A DNA stretch of 64,000 nt, taken from an uncultured Parvibaculum sp. (lineage in GTDB: Bacteria > Pseudomonadota > Alphaproteobacteria > Parvibaculales > Parvibaculaceae). The notes beneath the pieces were generated by a model, which was not told where the DNA came from, did no database searches, and saw only the letters and a list, made by a program, of their open reading frames with translations. The stretch covers positions 144,197-208,196 of the forward strand of contig OZ223205.1 in the NCBI GenBank assembly GCA_965140395.1, read 5' to 3'. Shown piece after piece: positions 18,464-25,082 of this stretch (position 1 is its first letter; every line of letters starts with the position of its first letter). The translations under genes and the position numbers were made by a program.

Positions 18464-18550
18464 TGGTGCCCCTGGCCCGACTCGAACGGGCACTCTGTTG
18501 CCAGAAACAGATTTTGAGTCTGTCGCGTCTACCAGTTCCGCCACAGGGGC
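18464..18550 (-). tRNA. tRNA-Leu (anticodon CAA)
   Basis: The reverse complement reads GCCCCTG...acaga-CTCAAAA-tctgt...long variable arm...TTCGAGTC...CAGGGGCACCA. It has a 7-bp acceptor stem, anticodon loop cuCAAaa, a class II variable arm and an encoded CCA. Confidence 0.9.
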
Positions 18551-18637
18551 TTCGACGGCGTGGCAATCCTGCCGGCCGGAAGGGCCGCATCATAATCACC
18601 AGCGGCGCGGCGGCAAACGGTTTCGCGCAAAACGGCG

Positions 18638-19546
18638 CTACTTCTTCGCCCAGACCCTCACATAATCGACCTTCAGGTCGATCGGACTGACGGCTTCGGG
18701 CTGCTCGCTCTTGAGCATCTGATTGCTCACCAGCATATAGAGCGGGGTCTTGAATTCCTTCAGGGTCGGAAAGCGGAACTCTTCCTTCCGGTCGAAATAG
18801 ACGATGATCCATTCGGGCGTCACCAGAGCGCCATAGGTGTGCCATTTGCCATCGGTCAAACCCTCGATTTCATGATTCAGGGCGGTTTGCTTCCAATGTT
18901 TGGAGACTTCGCCCTTGCGATAGGGCTTGCCGGGGCGCAGATGCACGCCCGAGCGGTAGGCACCCGGATTATGGCCGGGATAGTTCTCGAGGATGTCGAT
19001 TTCCGCCCGTGTCCGGCTCGGATCGGTGAAGCGTGTCGTCGAGTAAAGCCAGAAAGCCGGCCAGGCGCCCTTCGACCCCGGCGGCGGCAGTTTCATGCGG
19101 ATTTCGAAATAGCCATATTTCTGCGAGAAGCCACGACCTTTGGAATCCGACGTCTGCATATGGCCGGTCTGCCATCCGCCGTTCACCTTCTCCGCACGAA
19201 GGGTGAGAACGCCGTCCGACACGGAAAAGGGGCTCGGCTTGAAACTGGGCGGACGGAACTTCGCCGCCCCGGCCGTCGAATGGATCGGCGCGAACCACGG
19301 CCCCTTTCCCCCATCGTCGGAGATCGACGCCACGCTGTCGAACTCGTCGTCAAAGGTCTGCCTGTAGCCTGAAAGATCAAGCGGCTGGCCCCGATGGGCC
19401 CGGATCCACTTGGCGGTGGCAGGCGGCCCGTAGGGGTCCGGCGGATTCTTGTAACTCGCCGACGCGGCCCCGCTCGCGAAGGCAAACCCCGCACAAATGA
19501 CGGCGGCGACCCCAAGCGACGAGGTAACCGAATGAAGAAGGCGCAT
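18638..19546 (-). CDS. secreted glycoside hydrolase family 16 (beta-glucanase/laminarinase-like)
   Basis: Signal peptide MRLLHSVTSSLGVAAVICAGFAFASGAASA. GH16 catalytic motif EIDILE and the PAFWLY strand. Start at ATG 19546 behind gggag. ORF-track start is 19747. Confidence 0.8.
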   Translation of the reverse strand: MRLLHSVTSSLGVAAVICAGFAFASGAASASYKNPPDPYGPPATAKWIRAHRGQPLDLSGYRQTFDDEFDSVASISDDGGKGPWFAPIHSTAGAAKFRPPSFKPSPFSVSDGVLTLRAEKVNGGWQTGHMQTSDSKGRGFSQKYGYFEIRMKLPPPGSKGAWPAFWLYSTTRFTDPSRTRAEIDILENYPGHNPGAYRSGVHLRPGKPYRKGEVSKHWKQTALNHEIEGLTDGKWHTYGALVTPEWIIVYFDRKEEFRFPTLKEFKTPLYMLVSNQMLKSEQPEAVSPIDLKVDYVRVWAKK

Positions 19547-19733
19547 GGCTGTCTCCCTTCCCGAAGGCCGCGCTCGCGGCGGCGGATCGCCCGACGGAAC
19601 AAGGCTCGGCGATAAATGCGACGGAAGCGAGGCAGGTGCGACCCTCCGGGCTTGTGTGACCCGGCCGGATAGACACCCCCCTCCCCGCCTGCTAATTGAG
19701 TTTTCCGGTTTCTGGCAAGGGGTGCGCTTTCCG

Positions 19734-20315
19734 ATGTTCCGCGGCATTTACGACTGGACGCTGAATCTGGCCGCGCATCGCCATGCGCGCTGGGGCCTTG
19801 CCACGGTGGCCTTTGCCGAAAGCTCCGTCTTTCCCATTCCGCCGGATGTGGCGCTTATCCCCATGGTGCTGGCCAAGCGCGACAAGGCCTGGGTCTATGC
19901 GCTCTGGGCGACGGTCGCCTCGGTGCTGGGCGGCGCCTTCGGCTATGCGATCGGCTATTTCCTCTATGATTCCATCGGCGCGCATATCCTCCAGCTTTAT
20001 GGCTATCAGGACCAGTTCGAGAGCTTCGCCGCGCGCTACAATGAATATGGCGTCTGGATCGTGCTGATCGCGGGGCTGACGCCCTTTCCCTACAAGGTCA
20101 TCACCATTGCGAGCGGCGTGACGGCGCTCAACTTCCCCGTCTTCATGGCGGCAAGCCTCGTGGCGCGGGGCCTGCGCTTCTTCATCGTCTGCGGCCTGCT
20201 CTGGGCTTTCGGCCCGCCCATCAAGGACTTCATCGAGCGCTATTTCGGACTGCTCTCCATCGCCTTTTTCGTGCTGCTGATCGGCGGTTTCGTGGCGATC
20301 AAATGGCTATTCTGA
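19734..20315 (+). CDS. YqaA/DedA-related membrane protein
   Basis: FAESSVFPIPPDVALIPMVL, typical of the SNARE-associated/DedA-like YqaA family, with 4-5 hydrophobic helices. Start at ATG 19734 inside ORF 19545..20315. Confidence 0.75.
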   Translation: MFRGIYDWTLNLAAHRHARWGLATVAFAESSVFPIPPDVALIPMVLAKRDKAWVYALWATVASVLGGAFGYAIGYFLYDSIGAHILQLYGYQDQFESFAARYNEYGVWIVLIAGLTPFPYKVITIASGVTALNFPVFMAASLVARGLRFFIVCGLLWAFGPPIKDFIERYFGLLSIAFFVLLIGGFVAIKWLF

Positions 20316-20346
20316 CGCAGGACAAGGCGCGCAAGAGCGTGCTTGA

Positions 20347-20889
20347 ATGAGGCCCATGACGACGAACACGCCCTTTCCCTACGATCCGACACGCGCCGCC
20401 TTCGCGGTCTCGGCCATCGGCGCGGCGACGCTGATCGGCGCCTGGGTCTTCCAGTACGGCTTCGGCTATGTGCCCTGCGCGCTGTGCTGGATGGAGCGCC
20501 AGCCCTATTACCTGACGATCCCGCTGGCGCTCATCGCGGGAATCGCGGGCGCACGCGGGGTGAGCAAAAAGTTCGTGCTCGTCGCGCTGACCGTCTGCCT
20601 GGCGGCCTTCCTCTATAATGGCGGTCTTTCCTTTTATCACGCGGGCGCGGAATACGGCTTCTGGCCGGGGCCGGAAAGCTGCGGCGGCGGCGTGGCGTTG
20701 CCCGGCTCGGTGGAGGAATTGCAGGCAAGGCTGTCGGCCGGAGAGCACCCGCCGCGCTGCGACGAGGCGGCCTGGACGCTTTTCGGGATTTCGCTGGCGG
20801 GCTTCAACTTCCTGATTTCATTGCTGCTTTCGGCCCTTTCCGCAGCACCTGTCGCGCACTACCTTCAAAACCGGAAGGAGAAAGCCTGA
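20347..20889 (+). CDS. disulfide bond formation protein B family
   Basis: First periplasmic loop has Cys-x-x-Cys (PCALCWMERQPYY). A second Cys pair is SCGGG...PRCDE. Four hydrophobic helices. Confidence 0.75.
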   Translation: MRPMTTNTPFPYDPTRAAFAVSAIGAATLIGAWVFQYGFGYVPCALCWMERQPYYLTIPLALIAGIAGARGVSKKFVLVALTVCLAAFLYNGGLSFYHAGAEYGFWPGPESCGGGVALPGSVEELQARLSAGEHPPRCDEAAWTLFGISLAGFNFLISLLLSALSAAPVAHYLQNRKEKA

Positions 20890-21521
20890 TGGCGAAACGC
20901 GCGGATATGGCCCTGAAACGTCCCGGCGTAAAACAGCCCCGCAAAAGCCCGAGCGGCCACCAGCGGCTGAGCGAACAGCCCGGCGTCACGCGCGGCGCGG
21001 CGGTGGAGGAAATGGTCCGCGTCGACCATGCGGGCGAATATGGCGCGGTGCGGATCTATTCCGGCCAGCTCGCCGTTTTCGAGCGCCTGCCGCATAAGCG
21101 CGAGATCACCGCATCGCTCCTGCATATGCGCGACGAGGAAGTCGAACATCTGAGCAAATTCAACGAGTTGATCGCCGAACGCGGGGTCCGCCCGACGGTG
21201 CTGACGCCGTTCTGGCATGTCGCAGGCTTCGCGCTCGGCGCGGCGACCGCGCTGATGGGCGAGAAGGCGGCGCATGCCTGCACGGCCGCGGTGGAAGAGG
21301 TGATCGACGATCACTATCGCGGCCAGATCGAAAGGCTGAAAAACCTCGGCGGCGAGGAGGCGGAACTGGCGGCAACCATCGAGAAATTCCGCCAGGAAGA
21401 GGTGCGCCACAAGGAAGAGGCGCTGGCCGAGGGCGCCGAACAGGCGGTCGGCTACCCGCTCCTGTCCGGCGTGATCCGCACCGGCTGCAAGCTCGCCATC
21501 CGCGTCGCGGAGAAGGTTTAA
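20889..21521 (+). CDS. coq7: demethoxyubiquinone hydroxylase, Coq7 family
   Basis: VDHAGEYGAVRIYSGQL, EEVEHL and EEVRHKEEA are diiron ExxH repeats of Coq7. The ATG overlaps the dsbB-like stop by 1 nt (TGATG). Confidence 0.85.
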   Translation: MAKRADMALKRPGVKQPRKSPSGHQRLSEQPGVTRGAAVEEMVRVDHAGEYGAVRIYSGQLAVFERLPHKREITASLLHMRDEEVEHLSKFNELIAERGVRPTVLTPFWHVAGFALGAATALMGEKAAHACTAAVEEVIDDHYRGQIERLKNLGGEEAELAATIEKFRQEEVRHKEEALAEGAEQAVGYPLLSGVIRTGCKLAIRVAEKV

Positions 21522-21833
21522 CCCGAGCTTCCTGGCGAGGTTGAGCGAGCCAAAAGCAAGATAGGGGCGAGGTTGGGGCATGGTTCGTTCCATGCCCGCC
21601 GTCATCCTGCTTGATCCGACGCCGGCCTCATCGTATTCCTTCCTCCCAAGGCATGAGGCGCCCGCCGCTCACCGGACTTATCCCCGAAACCGGGGTCCGA
21701 TGGTGAAGACCTCCCCGGCGATTTTATCCCCGGTGCGATGCATGCGAGCCCAACCGATCATCCGCGGTCGCGCGTGGCAATTGTGAGCCCCCGCTTTTTT
21801 GAAGACCGCCGACATGACGGAAGGATCGCTGCC

Positions 21834-22286
21834 ATGCAGACCGATCAGCAAAAAGATATGCCCGCCTCCCGAGAGGCGGCGAAACGGCGCGCGAAAGAAT
21901 TGCGCCTGGAGCTTGCCGCGCAAGGCACGCGCATCACCCATGGACAGGCGCTGGAGCTGACGGCGCGCGAGCTGGGGTTCCGCGACTGGAACACGGCCAG
22001 CGCAAGACTGTCGAACCGGCCGGAGTTCAAACCCGACCTCGGCATGCGCGTGACCGGCACTTACCTGAAGCAGCCTTTCCGGGGCGAGATCATCGCCGCG
22101 CGGGAAATGGCGGGCGGCACGGCCCATGAGATCACCATCCAGTTCGACGAGCCGGTGGATGTGGTGAGTTTCGACAGCTTCTCCGCCTTCCGGAGCCGCG
22201 TGACAGTGCGCGTCTCGACCGAGGGCGAAACCTGGGAACGCACCGGCGACGGCGAGCGGCATATGGTGGTGGCGGAAGAGGAGTGA
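21834..22286 (+). CDS. hypothetical protein with an N-terminal helical module (GQALELTARELGFRDWNTASARL)
   Basis: 150-aa ORF from ATG 21834 with coding-like composition. I have seen this N-terminal module type prefixed to varied bacterial proteins. The C-domain is not recognised. Confidence 0.55.
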   Translation: MQTDQQKDMPASREAAKRRAKELRLELAAQGTRITHGQALELTARELGFRDWNTASARLSNRPEFKPDLGMRVTGTYLKQPFRGEIIAAREMAGGTAHEITIQFDEPVDVVSFDSFSAFRSRVTVRVSTEGETWERTGDGERHMVVAEEE

Positions 22287-22316
22287 TCGTCCGGAGACGG
22301 AGGGGTTTTCTTTCTG

Positions 22317-22385
22317 CGTCATTCCGGGCTTGCCCCGGAATCCATACTGAGAGGCCGTGTGGACCCCGGCTCAAGGCCGGGGTGA
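22317..22385. repeat. family-1-like element, divergent copy F (same architecture, different stems)
   Basis: GTC-ATTCCGGG-cttgc-CCCGGAAT-CCA...TGG-ACCCCGGC-tcaag-GCCGGGGT-GAC. It sits between convergent genes. Confidence 0.7.
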
Positions 22386-22557
22386 CGCCCCTCTCTTTAC
22401 CCCTTCGAAAACGAAAAGGCACGGGCAAGGAAGGCCATGCGGGTAGGACAGCGAAAGCCGGGACAAGCCGAAACCACCGGCCCCGCCGCGATCCAGATGT
22501 CCGGCCCAATGGGCTTCAGCATGGTCCTTCCTCCTTACCGCCCATGTGGAGCCACTC

Positions 22558-23568
22558 CTATCGATTCTTGCTGGCGAGGAAGCGGTCGACCTCCGCTTTC
22601 ACACGCTTTGGCGACAGGCCGGTGACGCTAAACCGTTCGTAGAGAGACGACATAAGCGGAAAGATATGCTCTGCAAGACGGGCTTCGACACTCTCCGCCG
22701 GGACGATCACTTCGAGTACGGCTTCGTCGCTGCGCGCAGCATGACCCTCAACAAGAATCTCGCCCAGCGGATTGGCCCATGGGCGCAGAACGCGACCGCT
22801 AAGACCCGAATAGACAGTGCGGAAATGAATCGCGATCTCGCTATCGCCCTCGCGCATAATAGAGGCCAGCCATTCCGCATGAAGAAGCGCCTCGCCCATG
22901 CGCCAGATGGGGAGCGTCGTATCAAAGATCGTCCCAGGCGGGAAAGTCTCCTTGCTGTCCTCCTGATAGCCCCGCATCAGGAAAAGACGGCATGACGGCG
23001 CCGCTCGCCAGAAATCGCTGTGGGCAGGATCCCTGAATATCCGGCCTTCAGACTTATCTCTGGAAAAGAGCCAGCATTCAATTTCCCCATCGATTTCTTT
23101 GGGAGCAGCATCACCTCGCATGTCAGTGATGAAAACGGGCCATCCTGTGTAGCTCTTTGCGTCGACCTGGCGCAGAACACGCTCAAAGTCCGTCAAGCTC
23201 ACGGACTTCAAATCCCCTTCCAGCCAGTAGTCGAAACGATACCAGCCATGGGGAAAGCGGCCTGGCGAGTCCTCCGGCAGGTCGGCGACACGCTCCTGCC
23301 AACGAGAAAACGCCTCGCGCACGAACGCGGCCTGCGCACCGGCCTCGTCCGGCTCCGAAAGCAGGCCAATCACACGCAATATGTCGAAGGCCTTGGCAAG
23401 CGTCAGCGTCGTCTCACCGCGGTCGAAGGCGGCAATGGTCGGTATACTGACATTGGCAAGCGCGGCATGCTCTTTCTGCGTCAGCCCCTCCTCCTTGCGG
23501 CGGCGCAGCGCCTCCCCGACAAGGGACTGCCAGTCCAGAGGGTTCATTCCCCGAAAAGTCTCAGACAT
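22558..23568 (-). CDS. XRE/HipB-like HTH protein fused to an unrecognised ~250-aa C-terminal domain
   Basis: N-terminal HTH (LRRRKEEGLTQKEHAALANVSIPTIAAFDRGETTLTLAKAFDIL). Possible starts are ATG 23568 (25-nt overlap with hipA) or ATG 23547 (ATGA overlap with the hipA stop). The C-terminal domain has no motif I can name. Confidence 0.75.
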   Translation of the reverse strand: MSETFRGMNPLDWQSLVGEALRRRKEEGLTQKEHAALANVSIPTIAAFDRGETTLTLAKAFDILRVIGLLSEPDEAGAQAAFVREAFSRWQERVADLPEDSPGRFPHGWYRFDYWLEGDLKSVSLTDFERVLRQVDAKSYTGWPVFITDMRGDAAPKEIDGEIECWLFSRDKSEGRIFRDPAHSDFWRAAPSCRLFLMRGYQEDSKETFPPGTIFDTTLPIWRMGEALLHAEWLASIMREGDSEIAIHFRTVYSGLSGRVLRPWANPLGEILVEGHAARSDEAVLEVIVPAESVEARLAEHIFPLMSSLYERFSVTGLSPKRVKAEVDRFLASKNR

Positions 23569-24722
23569 GCATTGTCCACCGTTTCTGTGAAGCGGGTGAG
23601 AAACCCGTCCGGTCCCTCCCCCTCCGGCACAGGAATGATATCGCGCGCTTTCCGCACTTCGCGTTTCAACTCGGCAAGGGCCTGTTCGACAGCCCGCTCC
23701 GGCAGGCCGATCCGGCGCCCGAAATCCGCGAGAAGTGACGCGGAAACCTCCTCGAATGCGATACTGCGCCCCCCCATAGAGAGGGCGAGGGTCTGATCGA
23801 AGCCTTCATAAATTGCCGTATTCACTACGTCGTAAGCGGGTGAGAGGCGCAACCCGGCGGGCGTTTCCAGCAATGAAAAATTCTTCAGATGCGCATCGCA
23901 ATTGCCGATTGCTGCAAAGGCAACCAGCCGACGGAAGAATCTCGCGAGGTCGATTTCCGGGCGGGCAGAATATCGTTTGATAACATCGGCGACATCCTCA
24001 TAGCTCGCATCGTATTTACCTGCATAGTCCCGTCCCCGGGGCTTGCAAAGAATTTGGGCGAAGTCCTCGAGCCTAAGTTTTTCACCCCTGGTCGTCCGGT
24101 CGAAGCGCGTGACGACCAAGGCCATTTCGTTGCCACCGTTCATGCGAACAGGCGAGAGAGTGAAATCCGTCACCTCACGCTTGCCGAGCGCCGCCTTCGC
24201 CCAGCGAAGGCTCAGGGCCTCGTTCCGCACAAGCGTATCAATGCTTTCCGAATTGAACTTGGCGATGAACGGGGCTTCGCCACGCGGCCCCGCCGGATGG
24301 AACGCGCCTTTCGGCCCATCCCGCGTGACGAGCAGCTTCTTCTGGACGCCGGACACGGTTCGTCCCGGACTGGCCTGCGCCTCCGTCACCTCCGTGCCGG
24401 GCGTCTCTCCATCGACGGGTTCGATGCTGACGGCCCCGATGCAGTCCGCGCCATAGCGCAGAAGAAGGCCCAGATCGTCCTCCTCCTCGATATGCGACAC
24501 GCGGGCCTGCTCCTGACGAAGCCAGCCTTCCGGCCCCAGATGCTGGAAGAAGGGATGGAGGCCTTGCGCCCATTCATGCTCACGCCGGGCCACGGGGAAA
24601 CAGCACGCAATATTCTCGTTCCAGCCCGCGTCGTAGCTGAAACGCGTCCCTCCGTTGGCGGTCTCGACCAGCGACCCCGCCACCCGGTCCTTGAACAATA
24701 TCCGTGCTTCCCGCAGCGCCAT
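23544..24722 (-). CDS. hipA: HipA-family serine/threonine kinase (type II toxin-like)
   Basis: N-terminal coupling domain (ILFKDRVAGSLVETANGGTRFSYDAGW), GVQKKLLV, and the catalytic loop AIGNCDAHLKNFSLL with a downstream PAYD. 392 aa. Confidence 0.85.
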   Translation of the reverse strand: MALREARILFKDRVAGSLVETANGGTRFSYDAGWNENIACCFPVARREHEWAQGLHPFFQHLGPEGWLRQEQARVSHIEEEDDLGLLLRYGADCIGAVSIEPVDGETPGTEVTEAQASPGRTVSGVQKKLLVTRDGPKGAFHPAGPRGEAPFIAKFNSESIDTLVRNEALSLRWAKAALGKREVTDFTLSPVRMNGGNEMALVVTRFDRTTRGEKLRLEDFAQILCKPRGRDYAGKYDASYEDVADVIKRYSARPEIDLARFFRRLVAFAAIGNCDAHLKNFSLLETPAGLRLSPAYDVVNTAIYEGFDQTLALSMGGRSIAFEEVSASLLADFGRRIGLPERAVEQALAELKREVRKARDIIPVPEGEGPDGFLTRFTETVDNACLRLFGE

Positions 24723-24856
24723 AATGAATCTATGATTTCTCTACCATTCCAGCAGGCCAGATTCCGACCAAGAAAATAAAGTATAGCCACATCAAATCAC
24801 CGTCAACAAAATATATGAAGTTATAGTTTATTTTTATGTTTTCCAAGGATTGAGAA

Positions 24857-24870
24857 GAAGTTATAACTTC
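24857..24870. promoter_or_regulatory. perfect 14-bp palindrome GAAGTTATAACTTC upstream of hipA (candidate operator)
   Basis: The sequence is self-complementary. A related half copy GAAGTTATAG lies at 24817..24826. Both are in the AT-rich 24723..24960 region upstream of the hipA start. Confidence 0.4.
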
Positions 24871-25082
24871 CTAAATCCACCACACAAGGCCATCGCGCCT
24901 CATTAGGGAAAAAATATCTTCATTTCATAAGATTTGCCCCCTCACCCCTCCCCGTGAGAGTCTGGGGGTGTGGCGGGGCTTGATTCGTCTTTTTGGGCGT
25001 TCGAGGGCCTGCCGCGCCTGCCTTTCGGCTCCGGGGGTTTTGTCGGGGCCTCGCCTGCTAGTCGAGTTTCAATTCCAGTCTC

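Noticed and set aside
18464-18550. tRNA-Leu as an integration hotspot for a genomic island (GH16 gene next door)
   Set aside because: There is no integrase and no duplicated tRNA 3' segment nearby. The composition of the neighbouring genes matches the backbone.
19545-19733. N-terminal extensions of several ORF-track entries (19545, 18638-19747 upstream part, 21738, 42526, 47721, 48435, 49148, 52490, 61003, 11621)
   Set aside because: The extensions overlap neighbouring genes or promoters and have Arg/Pro-rich shadow composition. Each is followed by an internal start with a good RBS and a sensible N-terminus, such as a signal peptide or conserved first motif.
24723-25082. Small hipB-like ORF upstream of hipA
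   Set aside because: I looked for one because of the canonical hipBA order. No ORF of 60 codons or more is listed on the minus strand there, and the region is AT-rich promoter-like DNA. A micro-ORF below the track threshold cannot be excluded.
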